Below, one piece after another: positions 1 to 9,669 of a stretch of 64,000 nt of DNA. The DNA comes from Pseudomonadota bacterium (lineage in GTDB: Bacteria > Pseudomonadota > Alphaproteobacteria > Micavibrionales > UBA2020). The DNA is taken from positions 6,872 to 70,871 of the forward strand of contig JAJZFS010000075.1 of NCBI GenBank assembly GCA_021805245.1, given 5' to 3'. The translations under genes were made by a program, and so were the position numbers. Position 1 is the stretch's first letter; the number at the start of each line of letters is the position of its first letter. Below the pieces are notes generated by a model that saw only the letters and a program-made list of their open reading frames with translations, did not search any database and was not told where the DNA came from.

Positions 1-165
1 ATATTTTCCGGCGTGCAAGTCCTCCAAGAATGTGTTCCTCACGCACATGAGGGCCATCATTTTTGCCAGCTTCGCTGCTAGACGCTCTTCCGTTTTCTTA
101 TGCATAAGCAGAGTCTATGCATTTCAACAATGGAGCACAATAAAAAAGTCTGTATCTCTAGAGCA

Positions 166-1203
166 TCAAAGCACGTCAAAAGTTCGAAAAATTTGCTTCC
201 CCACAAAAGAATCCGAAACCTTTTCCCGTCGTGCAATGTTCTGCAGTGTCATGCCGCCAAAGTGCTCATCCCGCCAGACAAATCCTTGTATGAGCTTTTT
301 CAGCCCATGTGCCGGAATGTCGAACATATCCTTTTTTCGAACTTTTTGGTCTGATGACGATGGCGCCTTTGCGCGATCTGTCTCGCTTATATGGCATATG
401 AATGACATGCATGTCTGAGCGCATGGTGATAAGAATTTCCGCTTGTCGTAGTTCAACGCGCTCAATTGCGGAGATCATTTCCTGAGAGGGCAGCTCTTCC
501 TGTGCATTCAAATGCTGCCGTACAGCTCTTTCGACAATGGTTTCGATTTCAAAGGCAGGAATTCTGTTGCCTTTATTAGTACGACGGAGGGTTTGTCCTA
601 TATAGTATCTGTATCGCTTACCGTTTTTGATCGAGAATGTAGGGCCATAAGATTGGCCGCCAGCATCAAAGAGAAGTCCCTGTAGAAAATTTACGTCTTT
701 TATTTTTGTGCTACCGCGTGGGGATGCAGCTTGATCCTGGAGTCTCCGTTGAGCGGCGTTCCACATCTCCTCTTCAATAATGGCCTCATGCTGACCGTCG
801 TAAAAACTGCTCTCGTGCTTTATTTTTCCGATATAGATTGGATTTATCAGCATGTTGTGAAGCGCGCCGCGTAAAAATTCGGCATCACCGTATTTATTGC
901 CCCTTTCCGATACCCTCGCAGGGCTTTTTATACCTTGTGCCTTCAGCTCTTCAGTAAGTTTATAGACGCTGCCAAGAGCAGCGTATCTATAAAAAATATG
1001 ACGTGCCAGTTCGACATTGTCCCTATCTACCACAAGCTGGGGTTCATGACTTTGTAGCCGATTGGCGGTGTGCCGCCCATCCACATGCCCCTTCTCTTGC
1101 TGGCGGCGATTTTGTCCTCCTCCCCAAAATGGTGGCGCGTCTTCCTCTTGATGTCCCGCACCGTCTTTTCCACAGCCTCCCGGCTATCTTCTTTCTGTCT
1201 CAT
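166..1203 (-). pseudogene. Large serine recombinase remnant. Only the recombinase and C-terminal parts remain, split over at least 3 frames; the catalytic resolvase domain is absent.
   Basis: The frame from 1203 to 1027 reads ...KRRGMWMGGTPPIGYKVMNPSLW*. The frame 1084..266 continues with LVVDRDNVELARHIFYRYAALGS...INPIYIGKI...YDGQHEAIIEEEMWNAAQ, which is typical of the recombinase domain. A third frame (465..166) carries a tail like LQNIARREKVSDSFVGKQI. I see no N-terminal Ser-recombinase catalytic domain. Confidence 0.7.
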
Positions 1204-1262
1204 CTTCGTTCCCTTCGGTCACTGCGATGAGACGGAATTATCACCTTAGCAATAAGCCCTCA
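1105..1262 (-). mobile_element. IS3-family end fragment: a possible terminal TGA... end plus the first ~33 codons of orfA, fused in frame to the recombinase remnant.
   Basis: The minus-strand ORF starting at 1203 begins MRQKEDSREAVEKTVRDIKRKTRHHFGEEDKI. This matches the conserved N-terminus I recall for IS3-type OrfA proteins (..SVRDIRRATRKxYSAEEKIRI..). After EEDKI the sequence switches to recombinase sequence. About 60 nt upstream of the ATG the minus strand reads TGAGGGCTTATTGC, a possible IS end. Confidence 0.35.
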
Positions 1263-1780
1263 ACTGTCTAACAGGCGCTGACGGGGTACAATGCTCAGGG
1301 CGGTACTGGCAATGACACGCATTCCTATAGTTCGGGAGATGAAACATTTGTCATTAAAGATACCGGGGTCACCTCTGATACGCTGAAGCTCTGTACTAGC
1401 CTGACAGCATTGCTTGCGCGCCAGAAATCGCTGTCGGATAGCAAAAGGCCAAACATGGGTGTATAGAATTCAATGGCGCTTTGCAGGTCAAGAAAGTTAT
1501 GTCAGGTATCGGGCAATTCCCCGATACCTTGATCGAAGTCGTGAATTGCAGAAAAATCGATCTTTTCCAGAGGGATTGGCTTAATCTCATTTTTGTTCTC
1601 ATTCAGATACCCGTAGCCGCACGACATTCCAATGGATGCCATCGTTCGTTCCGAGAAAAAATCTTTGTTACTTTATTGCTTTGATTTTTCACTGACGCAG
1701 AAATAATATCTGTTCTGCAGATGTTTGTGCCGAGGCATCCGTTTTAAACAAGGAATAAAGATTTAAGGAGAAAGTTCCCC

Positions 1781-3562
1781 ATGTCGGTGCCATTTTTCCG
1801 CTATATCGGCATCCTAAGCTTTTCGTACCTGCGCCTATGGCACGAGGCGTGGGCCTACGCCGGCACGAAGGAGCGGCGCATGATAGCCGCTTACCATCTG
1901 ATGTATGTCGCGTCCGTCTCGGTGCAACTGATGCAGCCCTACCTGCTCGGCAGGCTCGTCAATACGCTGCAAAAGGGCGGACCGCATCTTTTTCACAATG
2001 CGCTTGTGCTGCTTTTACTCATCATTCTCGCTACATTCGGCAACTGGGCTTTCCACGGTCCAGGCCGTGTCATGGAGAGGCACGCCGCCAAGAGCATTTT
2101 TATTTCTTATGTTTCTGAATGTTACCGCAAACTCGCGGAACTGCCTCTCGGATGGCATCAGAACCATCATTCGGGAGCCGTGATCAACCGCATCCAGACA
2201 TCTGCGCTCAGCCTGCAAACCTTCGTCGAGAACGGATTCCTGAGTTTCCAGAGCCTATGGCTGCTCATGGGGTCTATAGCCATGTTGCTGTGGTTTAATC
2301 CCGTGATCGGGCTTGTCAGCCTATTCGGCTTCGCGGTTTCGATGTTTATTATAGTTGCCATGAACAGGCATTTCGTCGCCGCCGTTCACGCCCAGAACGA
2401 GGTGACGCACCAGGCCAATGCCGCCTTTTACGATTTCGTCGGCAACATGGGTAGCATCATCATCCTCCGCCTCCAGAAGTTTTCCGAGGAAACGCTGCGC
2501 TCCAGGTTGATGCTTGCCATGGCGCCGTGGATGCGGCAGGTCAGGATAAACGAATGGAGGTGGTTCATCTACTCGGTGCTGAACGCCCTGATGACCGCGG
2601 TTATCCTGCTTGGCTATATCAAGGCGCAGGTCGCACTGCGCGGGGTCGTCGCGGCGGGCGCGCTTGTGACAGTCTATCTTTACCAGGACAAAATCGGCAA
2701 TCAGGGTTTCGGCTTCCTTGGTATTCACAGCGAATGGCTGCGGCACCTAACCAACATTTCGGCGACGGAGGCCATCCTTACGGATCATGCGCGGCTGGTG
2801 AAGCGTCATCCCGCGGCTCCGGCGGAGGTGTGGCGGCGGATCGAGCTACGCCATCTGTCCTTCAGTTACCGCATGGATGGCGGCGGCGTCAGGACGGTGC
2901 TGGATGATGCCGCACTCTCGCTCGGGCGTGGCGAGCGGATCGCGCTGATCGGCGACAGCGGTGCGGGAAAAAGCACGTTGCTGACGCTGCTGCGCGCCCT
3001 GCAATCACCGCAACGGGGCGAGCTTTATGTGGATGGAAAAGCGGTGCCTTTCGATACGCTCGCTGAAATCACGACGCTTATCCCTCAGGATCCCGAAATT
3101 TTCGAAAACACCATCCGCTTCAATATCAGCTTCGACCTAGGTGTGCCCGACGAGCGAGTGCTGCAGGCCGCCGTCCTCTCCGAATTCATGCCGGTGCTGA
3201 ACCAGATGCCGGCTGGGCTTTGCACCGATATCCGCGAGAAAGGAGTCAACCTTTCCGTCGGGCAGAAGCAGCGGCTTGCGCTCGCGCGTGGCATTTTTGC
3301 GGCGGAGCAGTCGGACATCATCCTGCTCGATGAGCCGACCAGCAGCATCGACCTGCCGACCGAGGAGCGCATCTTCAACAATATTTTCGCGCATTTCAAT
3401 GGCAAGACGATCATCGCCACGCTGCACCGCCTGCATCTGCTGGCAAAGTTCGACCGCATCGTCTATCTGTCCGGCGGTCATGTGATTTCAGATCTACCCG
3501 CTGCCGAAGCGCTTGCGGTGCCGGGTCCGATTCGCGATCTGTACATGAATTATCAGCGTTAA
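1781..3562 (+). CDS. ABC exporter, fused permease and ATP-binding protein (593 aa)
   Basis: The N-terminal half is hydrophobic and multi-TM. It has Walker A GDSGAGKST, signature LSVGQKQR and Walker B ILLDEPTS. AAGGAG lies 8 nt upstream of the ATG. Confidence 0.9.
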   Translation: MSVPFFRYIGILSFSYLRLWHEAWAYAGTKERRMIAAYHLMYVASVSVQLMQPYLLGRLVNTLQKGGPHLFHNALVLLLLIILATFGNWAFHGPGRVMERHAAKSIFISYVSECYRKLAELPLGWHQNHHSGAVINRIQTSALSLQTFVENGFLSFQSLWLLMGSIAMLLWFNPVIGLVSLFGFAVSMFIIVAMNRHFVAAVHAQNEVTHQANAAFYDFVGNMGSIIILRLQKFSEETLRSRLMLAMAPWMRQVRINEWRWFIYSVLNALMTAVILLGYIKAQVALRGVVAAGALVTVYLYQDKIGNQGFGFLGIHSEWLRHLTNISATEAILTDHARLVKRHPAAPAEVWRRIELRHLSFSYRMDGGGVRTVLDDAALSLGRGERIALIGDSGAGKSTLLTLLRALQSPQRGELYVDGKAVPFDTLAEITTLIPQDPEIFENTIRFNISFDLGVPDERVLQAAVLSEFMPVLNQMPAGLCTDIREKGVNLSVGQKQRLALARGIFAAEQSDIILLDEPTSSIDLPTEERIFNNIFAHFNGKTIIATLHRLHLLAKFDRIVYLSGGHVISDLPAAEALAVPGPIRDLYMNYQR

Positions 3563-3985
3563 ATGATTAAATATCTAACGTCTCTTCGGGGCGCAGATCA
3601 ATCTGCTGAGTATCAAGTTTCATGCGATAGCGCGTCGCGCGGCCTTGGCGTCGCTGCGGCTGAATTCTTTCCGCCAAGGTTCTGTATCCATTGCCAGAAG
3701 GCGACCTGCTTTTCTGACAGCAGATATATGAGAATAGTCAATGTGAATTTATGTGGGATTGTGTGATAATAAATCTACGCCATGCAAAGTAAAGATTTTC
3801 CTGCTATTCCCTGCTCGTGCAGAAAAAATTCCCTGCATTTTTCCCTGCTAGCGGAAATTATAGTGAGAGACGGGTGCTATCATCATTCCTGCCCCAACCA
3901 TCTATTTTCCAGCTCGTCAAATTTCAGAGAAAACATCTCGAAAATGCCCGCCAAATCGGCGCTTCTTGCGTGTACGATTTTCCAC

Positions 3986-4060
3986 CTAACCTGAGAGAGC
4001 AGGCCAGATTTGGCAAAAATGGCCGATGTTCTCGGGTTGCCACTTCGCAGGTTAGGCGGA
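3986..4060. repeat. 75-bp MITE-like repeat, copy A
   Basis: It matches 9670..9744 at 63/75 positions by hand alignment. The ends are inverted: CTAACCTG ... CAGGTTAG. The shared cores are AAAATGGCCGATGTTCTC and CCACTTCGCAGGTTAGGCGGA. Confidence 0.8.
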
Positions 4061-4079
4061 ATTTCGCGGGTTTGGGGAT

Positions 4080-4457
4080 TTGAGCCGGAGAGCTTCAGAC
4101 AATTTCGAAGGTTTTGAAAATCAAGCGCCCGACAAAGACTTCGGCCTGCCCGTCATGTTTATTGTCTTTGGGCAGCATAGCTCTGTTACAGCAGAAGCTG
4201 CTGGCGCCGTCATCATAGAAAGCTCGCTGGTGAAGGTGGATGAGTTGGTCCATATCAGCGTCGCCATGCGCCGCATCGTTCTTGAAAGCGCTATCGGCGG
4301 GATGGCGTTAAGCGCGATTGCCATGGGTTTTGCGGCTGGAGGGGTTATCACCCCAGTAGCAGGCGCATTGCTTCAGGAAGCTATTGATATACTGGCTATT
4401 GCAAATGCCTTGCGTCTTGCTTGGGGACGAAAAATAGAGATCGACTTTAATTTGTGA
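4080..4457 (+). pseudogene. C-terminal fragment of a heavy-metal (P1B-type) P-type ATPase
   Basis: The 125-aa ORF has a TTG start. Its sequence ...AEAAGAVIIESSLVKVDELVHISVAMRRIVLESAIGGMALSAIAMGFAAGGVITPVAGALLQEAIDILAIANALRL resembles the last cytoplasmic segment plus the final two TM helices of CadA/ZntA/CopA-type pumps. The phosphorylation and nucleotide-binding domains are missing. Confidence 0.5.
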
Positions 4458-4544
4458 AGCGAGATTAAGTCATATGGCGAATACTTTTCTTATCCGTTCA
4501 ATCACCTCATCCCCTCTCCTGCCACAGGAGCGCCCTTCGATACC

Positions 4545-4573
4545 AAAATGGCCTAACCAGGTGAGGCGGAATT
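4545..4573. repeat. Internally deleted copy C of the 75-bp repeat
   Basis: AAAATGGCC...CAGGTGAGGCGGAATT keeps the left core (AAAATGGCC) and the right end (CAGGT[T/G]AGGCGGAATT) of copy A. The middle is missing. Confidence 0.45.
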
Positions 4574-4600
4574 ATACCTACGGGGCTCGTCCTTTTTGTA

Positions 4601-4634
4601 TAAAATTATCTGACAGCATACAATTGCAATGCTG
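4601..4634 (-). terminator. Weak hairpin plus T-rich tract directly after the mgtA stop
   Basis: The minus strand reads CAGCAT-TGCAATTGT-ATGCTG, a 6-bp stem, followed by TCAGATAATTTTAT. Confidence 0.3.
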
Positions 4635-4636
4635 AA

Positions 4637-7330
4637 TCACAACCATTGCTTGAAATACTTGATATAGGCATATTTTATAATCTGCATCAAAGTGCAATAT
4701 CCAAGTAACGTCATTAAGAGCCATGGGAAGTAATTGTGGGGCAGGGGCATTAATCCGACATGTGAGGCAAGCGGTGAAAATGGGATGTAAATCCCGACCG
4801 CCATGACCGCCATGGTCAGCAGTAGAACCGGTGCAGCGGGCCAGCTTTGTACAAAGGGGATTCTCTGAGTGCGAATCATATGCACGATGAGCGTTTGCGA
4901 CAGAAGCCCCTCAATGAACCAGCCGGACTGAAACAGAGGTTGCATCTCTGGCTTGTTTGCTCCGAAAATAAACCACATCAGCAAGAAAGTGGTGATGTCA
5001 AAGATAGAGCTGACAGGGCCGATGAAAATCATAAAGCGAGCGATGCCGCCAGCCTCCCATTTGCGCGGCTTCTCCAGGAACTCCTCGTCCATGTCGTCCC
5101 ATGGAATGGAGATTTGGGAAATATCGTAGAGCAAGTTTTGAATCAGAATCTGGAGCGGAAGCATCGGCAGGAATGGCAGGAAAGCGCTCGCGATGAGCAC
5201 GCTGAAGACGTTACCGAAATTCGAACTTGCGGTCATTTTGATATATTTGATGATATTGCCAAAGGTTCTGCGGCCCTCGAGGACGCCTTCTTCCAGCACC
5301 ATCAGGCTCTTTTCCAGCAGAATGATATCTGCAGATTCCTTGGCAATGTCCACAGCGGTATCTACGGAGATCCCAACATCGGCATCGCGCAACGCCGCCG
5401 CATCATTAATACCGTCTCCCATATAACCGACGGTGTGATCGCGCGACTGCAATGCACGGATGATGCGCGATTTCTGCAGTGGGGACATTTTTGCAAAAAT
5501 GGTGGTTCTTTCGGCGGCTTCAGCAAGGGCGGCATCGGAAAGCCCGTCCACATCGGGACCTAGTATGAGGCCTTCGATATTCAGTTCTACATCTTTGCAG
5601 ATTTTGCGGGTAACGATCTCGTTGTCGCCAGTGATAATCTTGACGGAGATTCCATGGCGCTGAAGCGCTGCGATAGCGGTACGCGCCGTTTCTTTCGGCG
5701 GGTCAAGAAACGCGACATACCCCGCCAGCGCCAGATCCTTCTCGTCGGCAACTGAATACGTCGTTTTGATGTCAGGAAGCCACTTGTACGCGATGGCGAG
5801 TACGCGCAAGCCTTCCTCATTAAGGCTTTGTGCAAGCCCTAGAATTTTAGTCCGATATTCATCGGTCAGATGAACAATTCCGCCCGGTAGATGGCTATTT
5901 TCATCAACGTCGCAACAAATGGAGGAAATTTCCTCGACGGCGCCTTTGCAGATTAGCAGATGCCTTCCGTCGGAAGCCTTGACGATAACGGACATGCGCC
6001 GGCGCACGAAATCAAAAGGGAGTTCATCTATCTTCTCAAAATTCCGTCCGAAATTCCCGAGGTCGTTTTTCTCCGAAAACTGGATGACAGCACGGTCAAG
6101 AACATTGCGAAGTCCGGTTTGATAAAAACTGTTCAGGTAAGCGAACTGCAAAACCTGAATATCGTTATTGCCGTGGATATCCAGATGGCGCTCAAGGATG
6201 ATCTTGTCTTGTGTAAGGGTGCCTGTTTTGTCGGTGCATAGAATATCCATCGCTCCGAGATTCTGAATGGAGTTGATGCGTTTGACGATAGTCTTTTGCT
6301 TTGCCATCCGTACCGCGCCGCGGGCGAGGTTGGCGCTGACGATCATGGGAAGCATTTCCGGGGTCAGGCCGACGGCGACGGAGGCAGAAAACAGCAGGGC
6401 TTGAATCCAGTCTCCCTTATCGAGACCGTTGATCAGAAAGACGACTGGTACCATGACGACCATAAAACGGATAAGCATCCAGCTTACCTTGCTGATACCT
6501 TTGTCGAAGCTGGTCTGAACGCGCTGCCCGGCTATTTCCTTCGCCATTGAGCCGAAATAGGTGTCATTGCCCGTCGCCACGACGACGGCCATGGCGGAAC
6601 CGCTCACCACGTTGGTTCCCATGAAACAGAGATTTTGCATTTCAAGGGCATTGGTCGATGACGACGCGGCCGCCTTCTCATGCTTTTCAACCGGCACCGA
6701 CTCTCCCGTAAGCACGGCCTGGCTGATGAATAAGTCTTTTGAGCCCAAGATCCGCACGTCTGCCGGGATCATGTCGCCAGCCGAAAGGCGCACAATATCG
6801 CCCGGAACCAGTTCGGACACGGGGATTTCCTTAAGATTGCTTCCGGCTTCCCCGTCGCGCAAAACTGCGGTGGTCGTCGTAACCAAGGCTTTGAGCTTTT
6901 CTGCGGCTTGGCTGGATCGGAATTCCTGCCAGAAAACGAGAAGGACGCTGATAAGCACCATCGTGGATAGAACAATGATCGTCTTGAATGAACGGTCTTC
7001 TGGCGCTGCAAATACATCGTCGGTAAAGAACGAGATCAGGCCCATGGCGAAAAGGACAGCGTTAAAAGGCGTCAAAAAGGCGCCTAAGAGCTGCACATAC
7101 CATGTGGGAGGTTTTTCATGAGCAACTTCATTTAAACCGTAGCGTTCGCGGCGGGACTCGACCTGTTTGGGTGAGAGCCCCTTCATGCTGGTTTCCTCAG
7201 ATTTCAGTAAGGCCTCGCTATCCATGCGGCTCACGGCAAGCAGCCTCTTCGAAGCCTTCATAAATTGTTGAGTTTCAGTGCGCTGTGCGTTTTTATTTCT
7301 GAAAACAGATAGTAAGGCTGCCTTGTTCAT
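4637..7330 (-). CDS. mgtA: Mg2+-importing P-type ATPase (type IIIB)
   Basis: 897 aa, close to E. coli MgtA at 898 aa as I recall it. It has DKTGTLT, TM4 PEMLP, GDGINDAAAL and the C-terminal motif LLYDISQISIPWDDMDEEFLEKPRKW that is characteristic of MgtA/MgtB. Confidence 0.9.
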   Translation of the reverse strand: MNKAALLSVFRNKNAQRTETQQFMKASKRLLAVSRMDSEALLKSEETSMKGLSPKQVESRRERYGLNEVAHEKPPTWYVQLLGAFLTPFNAVLFAMGLISFFTDDVFAAPEDRSFKTIIVLSTMVLISVLLVFWQEFRSSQAAEKLKALVTTTTAVLRDGEAGSNLKEIPVSELVPGDIVRLSAGDMIPADVRILGSKDLFISQAVLTGESVPVEKHEKAAASSSTNALEMQNLCFMGTNVVSGSAMAVVVATGNDTYFGSMAKEIAGQRVQTSFDKGISKVSWMLIRFMVVMVPVVFLINGLDKGDWIQALLFSASVAVGLTPEMLPMIVSANLARGAVRMAKQKTIVKRINSIQNLGAMDILCTDKTGTLTQDKIILERHLDIHGNNDIQVLQFAYLNSFYQTGLRNVLDRAVIQFSEKNDLGNFGRNFEKIDELPFDFVRRRMSVIVKASDGRHLLICKGAVEEISSICCDVDENSHLPGGIVHLTDEYRTKILGLAQSLNEEGLRVLAIAYKWLPDIKTTYSVADEKDLALAGYVAFLDPPKETARTAIAALQRHGISVKIITGDNEIVTRKICKDVELNIEGLILGPDVDGLSDAALAEAAERTTIFAKMSPLQKSRIIRALQSRDHTVGYMGDGINDAAALRDADVGISVDTAVDIAKESADIILLEKSLMVLEEGVLEGRRTFGNIIKYIKMTASSNFGNVFSVLIASAFLPFLPMLPLQILIQNLLYDISQISIPWDDMDEEFLEKPRKWEAGGIARFMIFIGPVSSIFDITTFLLMWFIFGANKPEMQPLFQSGWFIEGLLSQTLIVHMIRTQRIPFVQSWPAAPVLLLTMAVMAVGIYIPFSPLASHVGLMPLPHNYFPWLLMTLLGYCTLMQIIKYAYIKYFKQWL

Positions 7331-7794
7331 TTTTCTTTTTCCTGAAGGCTTGAGAGCAAGATAGCGCCTTGACAGCCCGCCGAAAAGCGAGCCGGAATAG
7401 AGAAATAGGGGCTAGTTATCTCTATAAATCAACGGTTTCAAAGGTAACTTGGGAAAAGTACGAAAGGCGGGAAAGTCGCTGGGTATGAATTTTCTCTCCT
7501 TAAAAGGAGGTACCTCGGGAAACCGAACCGTATAGGAGGCAGGCTTGCCTGAAGACCGTCTCTTGTCTTCCGCACCGACGCAAGTGACTACTGGAATCGT
7601 CGGGCACTGTTTTGTCCTCTTCTTGATTAAACACGGTATACTAATTCGCTTGTAATACTATTCGAGATTCTCGTCAATTGAATTTGAAATAAAATTGCTC
7701 ATTTTTACGCAGATCTGAAAGACGGATATCTCGGAATTTGTCGTGAGCGTTGTAGAGACGGATATGCCTGCCTCTGACCCCTGCAATCTATTTA

Positions 7795-7929
7795 TTACTC
7801 GCCTTCCTGCAGCCGATAACCGATACCTGGCTCTGTAAATATGTATTGCGAGTTCAGGGGATCATCGCCGATTTTCTGGCGCAGGCGTTGAATATACAGC
7901 CGGAGGGATTTCCTCCCATTGCATGTGCG
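7795..7929 (-). pseudogene. C-terminal winged-helix fragment of an OmpR/PhoB-family response regulator
   Basis: ...[40 protein letters not shown] matches the OmpR-family DNA-binding tail (..VDVHIRRLRKKL..P..I.TVRGVGYRL). No receiver domain lies upstream in any frame. Confidence 0.55.
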
Positions 7930-8052
7930 CGCCATTGGCGACTTGCGGGAGTGCGAGGGGGCATATGCCAAAACAAGAGCCCCGATAATGGCAATACAGG
8001 CGCGCATCGTATTATCCTCCGCCCGATAATATGGCGCTGCGGCCCAAAATAA

Positions 8053-8108
8053 TCCTGTAAATAGTCCGTAAAAAGCGAATGAATGCTTTTTACGGACTAT
8101 TTACAGGA
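8053..8108. repeat. Perfect inverted repeat with 24-bp arms and an 8-nt spacer
   Basis: TCCTGTAAATAGTCCGTAAAAAGC gaatgaat GCTTTTTACGGACTATTTACAGGA. I checked it base by base. Confidence 0.95.
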
Positions 8109-8157
8109 CATGCGAGCTATTTGGACGTCAATCTTCCTTAAGAAGAGGAATCCCGTC

Positions 8158-9294
8158 GTGAAAAAATATTATCTGGCCGTCCTGCTGATGGTCCTGCCCG
8201 TAACAGCCTATGCTGATGCACCTCCCATGCCTTCAATGGCTGGGCCGCTTGTTGCGCGCGCCGCGCCATATTCCTTTAACACAACTCCTTTCGGTAAAGT
8301 TTACGTGACTGGCGCATTGACTGGCCTTGTCTTTGATCAAAGTTCTCCTGCCACAGGAGATAAATCGGATTTGGCCGATATCTCCAACGGCCAGATTTTT
8401 GTGCAAAACACGATGGGGCCTGTGCAGTTTTTCGTGCAGAGCGGCGCTTATTCCACGCCGGCGCTCGGCACGGCTTACCTGCGCGCGGATAAGACGGTCG
8501 ATAAAACCTATGGTTTTATTCCACAGGGATTTGTCAAGTTTGTGCCGTCAGACAAATTTTCCATTGAAGCGGGAAAGTTGCCCACGCTGTTCGGCGCCGA
8601 GTACACCTTCACCTTCGAGAACATGAATATCGAGCGGGGACTGCTCTGGAATCAGGAGAATGCTGTAAACAGAGGCGTTCAGACCAATTATACGACAGGC
8701 CCGCTCGCTCTGTCATTGGCATGGAGCGACGGCTTTTACTCCGGCCATTACAATTGGCTGTCCGGTTCCGCTGCTTATACGATCGACAAGGACAGCTCAG
8801 TGAGTTTTGAGGCAGGAGGAAATCTCGGCGAAACGGCGCACACTTCCTTCACAACGCCGCTGGCGCAAAACAACAGTTCCATTTATAACGTGATCTATAC
8901 ATATACGGCAGGGGCGTGGACGTTCAACCCATATTTTCAGTATACGTATGTTCCCGAGAATGCTCCCATCGGCATCAATCATGCCGCCTCGACATATGGC
9001 GCTGCGCTGCTCGCGAAGTATGCCATTGAAGGCAATTTCACTATTGCAGGACGCGCGGAATGCATCGGATCCACCGGCAGCGCCGCCAACGGCGCGCCAA
9101 ATCTTCTCTACGGCCAGGGCAGCAAGGCGTGGTCCTTCACCGTCACGCCGACATACCAACAAGGCCGGTTCTTCGGTCGTGTTGAGGCGTCGTATGTCAA
9201 AGCCACGGATACGACGGTAGGATCGGCTTTTGGCTCCACTGGTAATGATGCATCGCAGGGACGGCTTCTATTTGAGAGTGGCGTTCTGTTCTGA
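8158..9294 (+). CDS. Outer-membrane beta-barrel porin-like protein
   Basis: A GTG start sits 8 nt after AAGAGGAA. The signal peptide is KKYYLAVLLMVLPVTAYA|DAP. The body is Gly/Tyr/Thr-rich with an alternating pattern, and the protein ends ...ESGVLF with a terminal aromatic residue typical of OMPs. Confidence 0.65.
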   Translation: MKKYYLAVLLMVLPVTAYADAPPMPSMAGPLVARAAPYSFNTTPFGKVYVTGALTGLVFDQSSPATGDKSDLADISNGQIFVQNTMGPVQFFVQSGAYSTPALGTAYLRADKTVDKTYGFIPQGFVKFVPSDKFSIEAGKLPTLFGAEYTFTFENMNIERGLLWNQENAVNRGVQTNYTTGPLALSLAWSDGFYSGHYNWLSGSAAYTIDKDSSVSFEAGGNLGETAHTSFTTPLAQNNSSIYNVIYTYTAGAWTFNPYFQYTYVPENAPIGINHAASTYGAALLAKYAIEGNFTIAGRAECIGSTGSAANGAPNLLYGQGSKAWSFTVTPTYQQGRFFGRVEASYVKATDTTVGSAFGSTGNDASQGRLLFESGVLF

Positions 9295-9669
9295 CGCCTG
9301 CGCTTGTCACTTGACTGCGTGGTTGTAAAGAGCGTCAATATTTTTGAGCGCCGTCGATTCTCCGGCATCAAAAATTGAAATCCAAATTGTCGTAAGATAA
9401 AACAGGCCAAAGGCGGAAGCCGGAAGGGTAATAAAGCACCATAGCCAACATTAAAAAATTACGAAAAAACAATTCTCTTTTAAAAAAATATCCCCACCCC
9501 TGAAACAGAAAAAACAAACAACACTTAGATTTCCCGCAAGATAAAGTTCGTGTGAGCAAATTCCAGTGCACCTGTAGCACACCACCACCGATTTCCCCGT
9601 CCGCCTGCATTCAGAGACACCGCCGCGAATCCGCGCTGTTGGGTACATTCTGCGCATCGCGACTTTCGG

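Noticed and set aside
1233-4580. A shared CGGAATTAT(C)ACCT string at 1233 and 4567, possibly linking the IS stub to the MITE-like element
   Set aside because: The match is only about 9-13 nt. A match of that length is expected by chance in a 64-kb window.
7331-7790. An M-box (ykoK) Mg2+ riboswitch in the mgtA leader
   Set aside because: Short patches (CCUCCUAUAC, AGAGACGG) resemble M-box segments. They occur in the wrong order, and I cannot build the conserved helices by eye. A covariance-model scan is needed.
8083-8157. The ATG at 8083 as the porin start (ORF-track start)
   Set aside because: It lies inside the 24-bp-arm hairpin and adds 25 non-signal-like residues. The GTG at 8158 has AAGAGGAA upstream and begins a canonical signal peptide.
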